A stretch of DNA of 64,000 nt from Lytechinus pictus (Eukaryota). Below the pieces are notes generated by a model. That model was not told the DNA's origin. It made no database searches and saw nothing but the letters and a program-made list of their open reading frames with translations. The stretch is taken from the NCBI RefSeq assembly GCF_037042905.1, contig NC_087245.1:17734001-17798000 (forward strand), read 5' to 3'. Position numbers and translations under genes: made by a program. This document shows positions 52,634-64,000 of the stretch, in pieces; the first letter of the stretch is position 1; the number at the start of each line of letters is the position of its first letter.

Positions 52634-54674
52634 AATTTTTTTTTTTTATTTGTGGCTAATTTATTTTTAATCAAAATTGAAAGATTTTATCAACTTTATA
52701 TCATCAAAACATGAATAAATACTTCATATCTACTCTCCAAACAATTGAAATCATGTCATTAAAAATCAGGATAATATTGCATTATAGCCTATAAAGTGGT
52801 GAACACTCGCCCCCTACTCCACTTGCACTATGATTTTTAAAAATCATTGATTTGAAATAACTTACATTGAAACATGTACAAATAATTGACATGTGGCAGT
52901 AATATTTTTTTTTTACTCAAAACAGAAAGATTTTATCAACGTTATATCATCGAAACAAAATCCTTCATATCTACTCAAAACAATTGGAAATCATATGTTT
53001 AAGACAGGTTGATCTTGCAATGTAGCCTATATCGGTTAACACTTTATACGCAGCTGTACACCCACAGCAATAATGGTACTCCAGAACAAAAAAAAATATG
53101 TTTAAAAAAAGGAATTCAAAGAGTAAAAACTGAATTTATACTATCATAGGCCTGAATTTAGCCAAGGCCTGTTCATACTTTCTGTACAATTGTGCTCATT
53201 CAGCAGGTACACTGAGAAAGGTTCAATAATGCACAGAAAATTGAGTGCAATAATACACAAAATCTGCATTGTCCCTGGTTTTATCCCATTAGTATAACAT
53301 TTTATTACATGTATTTAAAGCTGTAGAACCAGGTGTTCTTATTCCTAGCAAAACTGCTAAGAACTGCCAAATTAATATTTCAGGTTTATTGTACTAGAAA
53401 CCTCCCACTTCCCCGATTGTACGAAAAGAAATAATTAAAATAAACTTGCCACTTTTTCCCAGTAAGACACAGCTTTGCAAACAATGCTTTGAACAGTAAA
53501 AAAGTTCCAATTCTGGCTCAAATAACAAAGGATGTTTAACAAATAATAAAAAATTGTAGTTTTCTTTAACACATTATTTTCTGTTCTTTGCATGAAAATC
53601 GAGAATGTTTCTCTTTGGAGAATGTGAGTTTCTGAGTCATGGAATTCTTCCAAAGAAACTGATCCTCGTTTCATGTTTGAATAGGAATACGGTACTAACT
53701 TTGCTGTACCAAGACCCAAACCATTCAGTAGGAGCTAAATACCTTATACGAGAGGATGCAGAAAACAGCCTCGTCATCATGACTTTCAATACGGTACTCA
53801 ATATAAATTCTATTTTGACTGGAGTTTATTATCATGAAATAGAATAGAACTTAATAATAATTTTAGTTTCAAAATGTATGATTTTGATTATGACTTCAGT
53901 GTAAGGGTTATATTTTTGGTGTTTCCACTCTGTTTGAGAAATCTTTGTAAAAAAAATAAAATAAATAAATCTTAAAAAATCGCCAACCCTGGAAACAAAT
54001 TCCAACAAATTTCATGTAAAATAATAATGATGATTTGAATAAAACAAAGACATACATGCACTATATAAAAAATAAAAGGCATACAAATTAATTATGTTAT
54101 GGCATTTTTTTTTTTTTTTGGGGGGGGGATATTTGTTAGAAATGAAGAATTTGATATTTTCACCAAAAATTAATATTCCACTATTTACATGTACATTAAG
54201 TGAGAGTTAACTAAAAGGCAAAAACCTTAAAGATTTACGGAAAATTTCATACTTGTTTGCACAATTAATTACTAGTAGGCCTAATTAAAAAAAAAAAAAT
54301 CAAAATTTAAAAAAAGCTTAACTATACAACTGTCTTGTGGTTTACATATGGCTCGAGGTGTATGCAAATTTCTGTGGTGATTTTGCAATCAGTGGCCAAG
54401 ATCTGAAGGGGGGGGGGTCATTCGACCCCCCAGTAATTCATGGTCTGAAATAACCTAGTTAAATTAGGGTAGCAGAGTGAGACTATAGGTGCCGCTTTTT
54501 CCGACGGCGGCGTCAACACCAAATCTTAACCAAAGGTTAAGTTTTTGAAATGACAGCATAACTTAAAAAGTATATGGACCTAGTTCATGAAACTTGGCCA
54601 AAAGGTGAATCAAGTATTACTGAACATCCTGGTACATTCATGCCCTGATGTTTTTGTTTTTGATGACTTTACAG

Positions 54675-57318
54675 AGCGAAATGCAGCCTGTCTGGAATTA
54701 GCGGCAATACTGAGGATGAAATGCTGCAGAAGTTATTGTCTTCATAAGATATCAAGAATAGATGCAAGCAAGGCCCGCAGAAGATTTCAGAACAATACTC
54801 TAGCAGATCAGAGGCTATGGATTTTGCAGTACCTTATTGAACATCACAACTTTGTAAACATGGATGGAGACTCATCCTTGGGATTACTAGGACCCGCTTA
54901 TGGAAGATGGAGTCAGGATTAGCAGGTAAATGGTTCAAGAGGTATCCTTTAACATGACTAGTACCATTCTTGTAAAATTAAATCATGATACGTACTTTAA
55001 ACTTTCTTTTTTTTCACTTAATTTATTTATAAGGGATTATAGTTTTACATACATGTTGTCTCTTAGGATCTGGTTCTGCTATAATCATTGGTGCAGGAGC
55101 TAAACCCAGCAAGCTTATAAAGGACAATTCTTTGGTTCACTTGGTAGTCACAGATGTCTTTTCCCAAACATTACAATTATTCAAGCACAAATTCCATGTG
55201 AAAATGGGTCTCTATGCTTATTTAGGAGATGGGGAAGGGGAGTCTGCTTGTTTTAATCTCAAACAAGTCTTTAACATATTGTTATATGTGCATGCTGGAG
55301 AGAAAGATACATGTAATGAAGAGGAGTGCTGATATGATAAGACAACTGCAGGAGGCTTGATTGTAGGGATAGAGTAAAGAAAGTCAAAATCCTCCTTACA
55401 ATGAAAGGTGCGTTAGTATCAATTTTTTTCGACGAAAACTGGTCTAAAAAATGGACTTAAAAGCATTAGAATTGGACATATATAATACCTTGGATATCAA
55501 AATTTAGTACACCCAAAATTTCACCAGCAGAAATGTGGTTGTCACCTATCTCTTTACTCAGTCTTTCCATTGCTTGGCTTGGAATTTAGAACGTAGATAA
55601 TTCATCCAAATAGAATTTCAAAGGGTAAAAAATTACCAAGTACATGTACAAGGGTTACCAAGTTCAAATATTTGGAGGCAGGATATGATTTAAGGATCAA
55701 AGGTAAACTGAATTAATTGATAACATTTTAAAGTGATCACAATTTTAAAGCGATAGCAATTGTTGTACATGTGACCTGTGTAAATTAAGCTCAGGGAATA
55801 ATATGAAAATTTTCTATTGATAATAATATTGTAGAAGATACATGTTTATAGTTTCTTTTGCTTTAAATGTACCACTTCTGTATTCATTTAACCTCCAGAA
55901 GGATTGGTGACATCTCGTCCATCAAATCACCATCATAAAGGACTTTTTTGTCTGTGATGACGTCAATGGTGTGGCTTAGTGAATTTGTCGATAAGTTTGG
56001 AGAGAAACTGCCAACCAACAACAAAATCCATCTTCCATCATGCCTTACACGTGGAAATGTGTATTGGATTATGAAGGAGGAAGTAGAAGAGCAAGGAGGT
56101 TCTGTTTGTAGTCAGCAATACTTCTTCCGCAAATGAAGACAGGAAATGTCTCATGTTACCATTCCAAAGGTAGGTGATTCTCATGAGTATTTGCACTGTA
56201 TATTTACAAAACTATTATACCTTTAACCATAAAAAAACTGGGCTATTTTGATACCTTAGAAGACTGGGGCGGGGCTGATTCAGCCCCTCCCCCCATATGA
56301 TCTTGGCCATTGATCGCGATGAAAATCTGCACTCGCATTACACATGGCATAATCTACAAAATGGTAAAATCAATTTTCAAAAATATTACATTGCTAATTA
56401 ATTATGCCAATGTATTATGTTAATTTATGCATTAAAAAAAACCTTTCCTCTATCTAAATAAGGCCCTTTTGCTAAAAATAATTCAATATCGCAATTATTA
56501 TTTTTATACATATCATTATTTCTAGAATTCTGATTGATTTCTTTGTTTTTTATAGATTTTTTTGATGGAAATCATTGTTACTCTGACCATAGACAACATG
56601 ATATTTATTATGTTTAATCAGTGAAAGGAGAAAAGGTAATACATTTATGAACTTGAGCTAAAAACACTATTTGCATCGGATTTGAACAAAAATTCATGTT
56701 TTGGGGCAATTTGGGGTCTGTATGCACTAACAAAATATTGGGTAATTTTGGAACCATGTATTCAGGGGTCGCAAGTTTATTCTCATAAGTTGTGTGAGAC
56801 TTTAAAATGAAAATTTAGTCAAAGGCGCAGTCAGACAATTTCGCACAGCAGATATATCACAAAAAATGTTGAGGGGAAATCTGAATCATAGGGTTAATTA
56901 TAAAACCAGAGATTTTGCATTTTATTGAAAAATTTGAAATAACTTCCTATTTCTATCACATTTCATGAAGCTGTTTTGAGACCAAGTAGATTTGATATAC
57001 TTGACTATGTATTCCCCAACATAAACACAGGTCTTTAGGTGATCTACAACAATATAGCATACATGTACTTTGCTGGCTTTAGCAGTGCAGCTGCTACAAT
57101 GGTATAGCACCCAACTATGATGATGTTAACTACTATTCCTTGAAAAATTTAGAAAATATACATTGTGTAATTCTCTCTTTATTTGTTCATTCCAGGTGAA
57201 CCTTTTTTACGAAATGCGACATATGCACCAAACTGAAATCTTGCCTAGAGAAGACAACTGGCAGAGAAGAGAGACAAACTTTACTGCAAGAAAGAGAGTC
57301 ACACCTTTTCCAGCAAAA
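54675..57318 (+). pseudogene. Intron-containing DNA transposase pseudogene, N-terminal half (Sola-like); exons 54675-54925, 55899-56169, 57196-57318
   Basis: Phase-compatible GT-AG exons reading CCRSYCLHKIS..ARRRF..QRLWILQYL / LCKHGWRLILGITRTR | WLSEFVDKFGEKLPTNNKIHLPSCLTRGNVY..SQQYFFRK*RQEMSHVTIPK | VNLFTKCDICTKLK..H. Three frameshifts and one TGA; catalytic region absent. Family assigned from recalled motif similarity. Confidence 0.65.
56227..56893. mobile_element. piggyBac-like MITE in a transposase intron
   Basis: TTAA|CCAT.. and ..TAGGG|TTAA; related right-end fragments near 49560-50104 and 54130-54470. Confidence 0.55.
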
Positions 57319-57539
57319 GTAAGTTTCAATGAAATATTTGATTGTGTATATGTACATGTATTTTAATAGATTTGATTATCACAGTCTTCCAGGATAAGTA
57401 TCATTTATATGTCATGGATGTCAGCCCGGAAGACTAGCCTCCACAATTATCAATCTTTATTCACTTGCCATCTTTCTTCCCTCTTCTTTTGTGTAAATGT
57501 GGTATTTTCAAAGTATATGCAGAGATACAATGTTGAGGC

Positions 57540-59153
57540 CACTGGCGTAAATCCCGGGGGGATGGGGGGGATATATCCCCCCACTTTTTACGAAAGAAAT
57601 AAGAAAAAAATCACAAGAGATAATTGTTTTATTGGTGAAAATTCTTCCTAAAATACCGCTTAACAAATAAAACAATATTATTGAATCATAAAATGCAAAT
57701 AAAGAGCCAGTTCACCATTTCCAAACGAAATACTTATGTCCTTATTATAACATTGAAGAGAAACCCCCGTTTCTTCCAATTCATCAATGTTGGGGTCTTT
57801 GGGAAGGGATTAAGATGGAATGTCAAAAATTTTTGAATGTAATCTCTAATAAAACAATTAAACCATCATGGGGTAAAAAGATAATAATATTGGAGGGGTA
57901 TTTGCCATATGGACATACAGTGGCGTAACTACGGGGGGGGGGAGAGGGGGGGCATGGGGGGCACATGCTCCCCCCATCGGCTGACCAAAACAAAAACGGG
58001 GAAATGGGGAAAAATAGAAAAGAGGGAGAAAGGAAGAGAAACGTAGTGGGAAGGAAGAAAATATTATTCATTATAATGTTATATTATAATTATGTTATGT
58101 TACATTACATAAGAAACATTTTTATCATAACTTCATGAAACATAATTTACCCAGGGCCTACGTCTTCATAGTTCCTGGTGCTCGCATTGTCTGTTCAAAG
58201 AGATATATAATCCTGTTGTACTAAAACATCCCGTTTTCAAGTCAATATAAACTAAATATATTTCCTAGCACTTGAGTTATCATTATTTTATGTAGTGACA
58301 TGAGCTTCTTTTACATGATTAAAAAGGTGATTGGCCCATGTTTAGGTCTTCGTATATATAAAAACATTTCCTTCCGTGATTACGTTCGCATTAGTGGATT
58401 GGTGAGATATGTCTGCTCTTCATGAATTCCTAAAATCAGTCCTTGAAATGTCCTTTCTTCTGATCTGAATATCAAAAATTTTCAGCTCGCGCTTCGCGCT
58501 CGCATCATTTGGTTAATAAAATATGTATGGTCCTAGTTAATTCCTACAAAGAAACCTTAGAATGCCCCACTTCAGGTCTGAATTATCTAAATTATCTAAA
58601 TTTTCAGCTCGCGCTTCACGCTCGCAATATTTGATTAGTGAGATGCGTATAAAAATCATGATTGCAATGAGTACAAAAAGTGTTTCATGTGTTCAGATGT
58701 AATTCTAATAAAATCAGCAAGCGCTTGGCACTTGCATTAGATGACTATGGTGAAATATGCATACTCTTAATGGATTCCTAAAATATATTCCTTAAAATCT
58801 TGCTGTTTGGGGTCAAAATATACGAAAATTTCAGCTCGCACTTTGCGCTCGCATTGTTTAGCGAGACAGGTACCTATCATGATTACACAAATTTGATTAT
58901 AATGTCGCTTTTTAGGTGTGAATATAAAAAATTCAGCTCGCGCTTCGCTTGCATTATTTGATCAGTGAGATACATATCCGTTCAATGACATTGTCCTTAA
59001 AATGTCTCTATTAGGTCAGAATAACTAGCAACCAAGCGCGCTTCGCGCGCTCACTCAGTGATTTGAAAATTTTGCTGGTGCCCCCACAATGCCGTGACCC
59101 ACGGTACGCCACTGTGGACATATCAATTACAATTCCTTGCATATCTAAAAACA
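57540..59153 (+). mobile_element. Second copy of the composite MITE (nested element 57918-59114), right end truncated
   Basis: Colinear with 24991-26340, same nested insertion point and TGGACATA TSD. Confidence 0.9.
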
Positions 59154-59326
59154 ATTTAAATTCACATTTCAGTGGTACGCGAGAGTTGCAGGGATAAGAA
59201 CACTCAACACCACATGTAATCCTGGATGTCCATCATGTAATCTAACAGAATGTATTTTAGAATTTGCAATTACTTCCTATTTCTATCAGAAATTTCATGA
59301 AGCTTTTTTATTTTACTAAGTAGAGA

Positions 59327-59925
59327 CAACCGCGTAGCCAGGATTTCATTTTGGAGGGGGCGGTAAATGCACGCAAAGCGTGCCAACACTTACAAAGCGC
59401 GAAGCGCGCTCCCTAGGGGGTGGGTGCAGGGAGAGGGAGTTTCCCCCTTCCGTGCGAAGCTTTCGGTGTTTCTTAAATTAAAATGAAAAGGAGCCGTCTC
59501 TCTTGTCTCTAGTACCTATATCAGCTCCAATTAAGTTGACTATATTTTGATTTTGAACCTTGTTTTTAAAAGTGATTGTGAACGCACAAAAAGGGATAAA
59601 ATGGAGGAAATTGCAATAATATTTACCCAGCGCGAAGCGCGAAAGCTAAAGCGTTTTATCAAGTTTTTTCTAAAGAAAAGGGTCCCGAGATAAGGGTATT
59701 CCCTAAGTTATACTGAATGCTTCCCTTGGAAAGATCAGATATGATTACAAACAATTTAGCGGCAGTGCATATCTTTAACTCGCAAAACAAGAAGGGTATA
59801 TGCCGGGAGGAAGATATTTCTCCCCGTGCAGAGCAATAAAACTCTGAAATTTCAAAGGGCGGACGTTTCATCAAATGCAGATATCTCTACCCCATCGGCT
59901 CTAATTCAATCGATTTTCTAAAATT
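59327..59925 (+). mobile_element. Truncated homologue of the 41175 element abutting the right 33-bp array
   Basis: CAACCGCGTAGCCAGGATTT start; similarity ends where the array begins. Confidence 0.7.
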
Positions 59926-59934
59926 ATTGAACTT

Positions 59935-61340
59935 GAAGTTAGGATAAATTTATCCTCATGTAGACTGAAATTAAGATAAATTTATCCTCGTGGAGCCTTG
60001 AAATTAGGATGAATTTATCCTCGTGTAGCCTTGAAATTAAGATAAATTTATCCTCGTGTAGCTTTGAAGTTAGGATAAATTTATCCTCATGTAGACTGAA
60101 ATTAAGATAAATTTATCCTCGTGTAGCCTTGAAATTAGGATAAATTTATCCTCGTGTAGCTTTGAAACGAAGATAAATTTATCCTCATGTAGCTTTGAAA
60201 TTAGGATAAATTTATCCTCGTGTATTCTTGAAATTAGGATGAATTTATCCTCATGAAGCCTTGAAATTAAGATAAATTTATCCTCGTGTAGCCTTGAAAT
60301 TAGGATAAATTTATCCTCGTGTAGCCTTGAAATTAAGATAAATTTATCCTCATGTAGCTTTGAAATTAAGATGAATTTATCCTCGCGTAGCCTTGAAATT
60401 AGGATAAATTTATCCTCGTGTAGCCTTGAAATTAGGATAAATTTATCCTCATGTAGCTTTGAAATTAAGATAAATTTATCCTTGCGTAGCCTTGAAATTA
60501 GGATAAATTTATCCTCATGTAGCCTTGAAATTAGGATAAATTTATCCTCGTGTAGCCTTGAAATTAGGATAAATTTATCCTCATGAAGCCTTGAAATTAA
60601 GATAAATTTATCCTCGTGTAGCCATGAAATTAAGATAAATTTATCCTCGTGTAGCTTTGAAATTAAGATAAATTTATCCTCATGAAGCCTTGAAATTAAG
60701 ATAAATTTATCCTCGTGTAGCCATGAAATTAAGATAAATTTATCCTCGTGTAGCCATGAAATTAAGATAAATTTATCCTCGTGTAGCTTTGAAATTAAGA
60801 TAAATTTATCCTCATGTAGCCTTGAAATTAAGATAAATTTATCCTCGTGTAGCTTTGAAATTAAGATAAATTTATTCTCATGTAGCTTTCAAATTAAGAT
60901 AAATTTATCCTCATGTAGCTTTGAAATTAAGATGAATTTATCCTCGCGTAGCCTTGAAATTAGGATAAATTTATCCTCGTGAAGCTTTGAAATTAAGATA
61001 AATTTATCCTCATGTAGCTTTGAAACGAAGATAAATTTATCCTCATGTAGCTTTGAAATTAGGATAAATTTATCCTCGTGTATTCTTGAAATTAGGATAA
61101 ATTTATCCTCGCGTAGCCTTGAAATTAGGATAAATTTATCCTCATGAAGCTTTGAAATTAAGATAAATTTATCCTCATGTAGCTTTGAAACGAAGATAAA
61201 TTTATCCTCATGTAGCTTTGAAATTAGGATAAATTTATCCTCATGAAGCCTTGAAATTAAGATAAATTTATCCTCGTGTATCCTTGAAATTAGGATAAAT
61301 TTATCCTCATGTAGCTTTGAAATTAAGATAAATTTATCCT
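59935..61340 (-). repeat. Inverted 33-bp array, about 42 units
   Basis: Reverse complement of the left array unit; gives the 11-aa periodic spurious ORF at 60371. Confidence 0.97.
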
Positions 61341-61817
61341 CCTGTAGTATTAGCAGGATGAACTAATCCTTATAATTGTAATAGATTTGTATGATATATT
61401 TATTTGATCTGTTATTCCTATTAAATGGTTGTATTAATTGAAATGCTGTTCCCGTTTGTTTCTTTTATTGTTAGAGACTTGCAAACATACATTGAATTGC
61501 CAATAGTCATTAAATAGAGTGATTGGAGAGAATGTGTAGAAGAGAGAACAAGTGATACAAGTGGTTGTTAAGTGCAAAAATGTGAAATAAATATTATGGA
61601 ATGAATATGATGAACATTTGAAGAAAAATGAACAAAGATTCATTCATTTTGAAAAGATTTACTGTTATAAGTAGAATATTGTAGACTTGCTCGCTTCGCC
61701 CGCTCACAATTTTTCTGAAATATTCCAACGTATCTAAACTCAACATTCTCTTGCACGTTCACTATTCGATAATTTTTTTCACATATCACATCCTTCACAA
61801 TAATAATATGCATACAG

Positions 61818-62029
61818 AAACGTTATGACGGATCTGTGGATTTTTACCGCAATTATAACGAGTATGTTCGTGGATTTGGTGACGTCGAGGGCGATTACTG
61901 GTTGGGATTAGACCAACTCTACTTACTTGCTAAAGATGGAGTCGAACTCAGAATCGATATGGTTGATTACGATAACAATCCATTCTACGCTCATTATGGC
62001 AGTTTTAGCATTGGAAGTACCAACACCAA
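61818..62029 (+). CDS. FReD exon 4, fibrinogen C domain core
   Basis: CAG acceptor, phase 0; KRYDGSVDFYRNYNEYVRGFGDVEGDYWLGLDQLYLLAKDGVELRIDMVDYDNNPFYAHYGSFSIGSTNT; GTAAG donor; frame intact. Confidence 0.95.
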
Positions 62030-63539
62030 GTAAGGTTCTTACAATTTTCCTTCGCTATAATTATTTTTTTTTGCAGGAGTTTCTGCATTTATTGTAAAGT
62101 CAAAATAAATTTACAATACATAAACATAATCGTAGTATGACATTAAAGTACATTGAAATGTGACAATTTTATAGCAGTGTGCGAACAAGATTTTGACATG
62201 AATACAATTTAAGGATAAGACAAAGTAGTGAAAAACAAATGCAGTGGCAAACTATATAAGCAAAATAAATGCTTGAGTAATAGCAGCCAAAATATATAGA
62301 GATAGAGCGTATGGGAAACGTTACATTTTGGAAAAGCTGCAGTTTCATTTTGTAATATATCTAAAATCTTCTCTATCAGATGACACCACAATATATTTTG
62401 TGCATGCTTGAGCGCAAAACGACATGTTTTATCAGGGTGACGAGAAATGGCTTGCGCCATCATGAAGGAAATGGGCAGTGTGAAAGTAACCGACTGATAA
62501 GGACTTCAAATCAACTAATTTACTTTTTATTTAAGAACTTTTCATATACTACTTATTTTCAATCATGCATTGACAATAGAAAATTTAAAAAATATACTTC
62601 GTGTATTCACATGCGTAATTTTGACAGCTTTTTCAAAATGAAACGTTTATCATTCATCAAATTTTTATTTTTGTTTATATAGCTTATAAGTCTACATTAC
62701 AATACCTTTCTTTAACATGTTAAGAATGTTAAGAATGTCTAATAATCCAGTTATTTTGATGATCAAAAGAGAGGTTGTGTGTCTTTTAACATTTCTACTA
62801 ACTACCGAACCAACGGCAACGGTAATTATTAAACCTAATCGTCCCCGGGTAATTTGAGTCTTGTCACTCCCTGGTCATTATACCCCCCCCCCCCCGCTCG
62901 TAATCGCGATATCTGCGCGATGGTGGAAAATGACGGTTGCATCTTAGCCAACTTTCACTATCTATATTATCAATTTAACTATGTTAATTTGTGCATGGAG
63001 TTAGAATTTGGGGGTAAATCTATCGATAAAGCCATTGAAAAAGTTTTTTTTTTTGGTTCAGAGACTCTTTGTATCTAGAATTGTTATAAATATGCCTACA
63101 CATAAAATGTTTTCCTAACTGGCCTTCTTATCGTTGTGTTTTTCCTATTTATTTATTTTTTAAACTATGTTTTTTTTAATGGAAATTGTCGTCGATACTT
63201 GAAAATGCTATTTTAATCGAATGTTACAAGGGCCGCGAAACCGAGAAGAGGGGGGGGGGAGGCGCTTCAGCTCTCCCAGTATTTTCAGTAACCATTTTCA
63301 CAAAGAGTGAAAATAACCAACGATTTCATGCATGCCTCCACCCCCCCCCCTCCCCCCCCCCCCCCCCTCCTCTCGCTTTCCATATCGTTCTGCAGCCCCC
63401 TGTAAAAAGATACAGTTACGGATTTTGGCTAGAAACAGAGTTTAAATTGGATTTGTGCATGAAATTACTTTTTTTAAAGCAAATTTGGGCCTGACAATAA
63501 CCATGAGCAGATGGCCGATAAACAAATTGGAATAATTAA

Positions 63540-64000
63540 AGGGGTACTCCAGGCTGAAAATGATATGATTTGAAAAAGATATTAAAAAAAATAGACAAAC
63601 AAAACACTGAAGAATTGTTTGAAAATATACAAGGAATAACAAAGTTATGACATTATATAGATTTGCATTATTTCGGTGAAACAGTTCTAAACATGTCTTC
63701 ATGAGTAGACCAATAATATCATATCCCCACTTCTTCTTTTGTATGTTATGACATAAAATTATGTTTATTCATTTTTTCTTTAAGAAAAAAATTAAAATGG
63801 ATAGACCATTGATATAATGCATGATATATTCATGGCTGCAACTTATTTTATCATGATAAGAATATATAATACACACATGTATGAAATTATGAAATAAATA
63901 CGATTTCATGTAATAACATAAAAAGGGAAAGTGGGAATGTGACATCATCAGCCCACCTACTGAATATTCATGCAACGTTCATATAACTGTTTCACAATAT
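63540..64000 (+). mobile_element. Kolobok-like MITE running off the window end
   Basis: TTAA|AGGGGTACTCCAGG start; AAAGTTATGACATT and TGACATCATCA motifs similar to the 35068 element. Confidence 0.6.

Larger units (their letters stand above)
32455..61666 (+). mobile_element. Giant 29.2-kb DNA transposon with modular long TIRs and a Sola-like transposase pseudogene
   Basis: About 325-bp outer TIR (AACAGTAAATCTTTTC...) nearly identical at both ends, followed by inverted 33-bp arrays; 4-bp TSD ATAA at 32451-32454 and 61667-61670; removal leaves an ordinary 334-bp intron. Confidence 0.85.
12722..62029 (+). pseudogene. Fibrinogen-related (FReD/FBG-domain) secreted protein gene with Ser/Thr stalk; disrupted; 3' exons beyond the window
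   Basis: Four phase-compatible exons with GT-AG sites: MKKTSVIM|SVVCSSQRLPIFLFLIPASFVHG|DTPMDAS..(S/T-rich)..[73 protein letters not shown].. Exon 3 has a 3.8-kb insertion and two frameshifts. Confidence 0.88.

Noticed and set aside
52423..52714. Poly-Gly/poly-Pro ORFs
   Set aside because: G and C homopolymer tracts at a MITE end.
60371..60586. 11-aa repeat ORF resembling an LRR
   Set aside because: Translation of the 33-bp array; neighbouring units contain stops.
32478..61643. Identical 69-aa ORFs at 32478 (+) and 61434 (-) as a duplicated gene
   Set aside because: They are simply the two outer TIRs; low-complexity AT-rich translation with no recognisable motif.
28291..61666. Long inverted repeats as assembly fold-back artefacts
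   Set aside because: Both have TSDs and arm-specific differences, and their removal restores a continuous exon and intron.

Overview
AT-rich animal DNA, most likely a sea urchin (inferred from the repeat content). It holds no prokaryotic genes and nearly all listed ORFs are spurious. One host gene crosses the window on the + strand: a secreted fibrinogen-related (FReD/FBG) protein with a signal peptide, a Ser/Thr-rich stalk and a fibrinogen C domain (exons 12722-12745, 13214-13283, 28068-32267, 61818-62029, continuing past the window). It looks pseudogenised: exon 3 is split by a 3.8-kb near-perfect palindromic foldback element with a 6-bp TSD and carries two frameshifts. Intron 3 (about 334 bp when empty) holds a 29.2-kb transposon (32455-61666) with a 4-bp TSD, near-identical terminal inverted repeats built on 33-bp palindromic tandem arrays, a decayed intron-containing Sola-like transposase and many nested elements. 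One nested element is an apparent 7SL-derived SINE with a 9-bp TSD. The rest is a dense mosaic: a TU-like foldback element (15-bp repeats, 8-bp TSD), hAT-like MITEs with 5/6/8-bp TSDs, Academ-, Harbinger-, Kolobok- and piggyBac-like non-autonomous elements, and LINE fragments. Superfamily labels come from recalled terminal/TSD rules and protein motifs, not from database searches.
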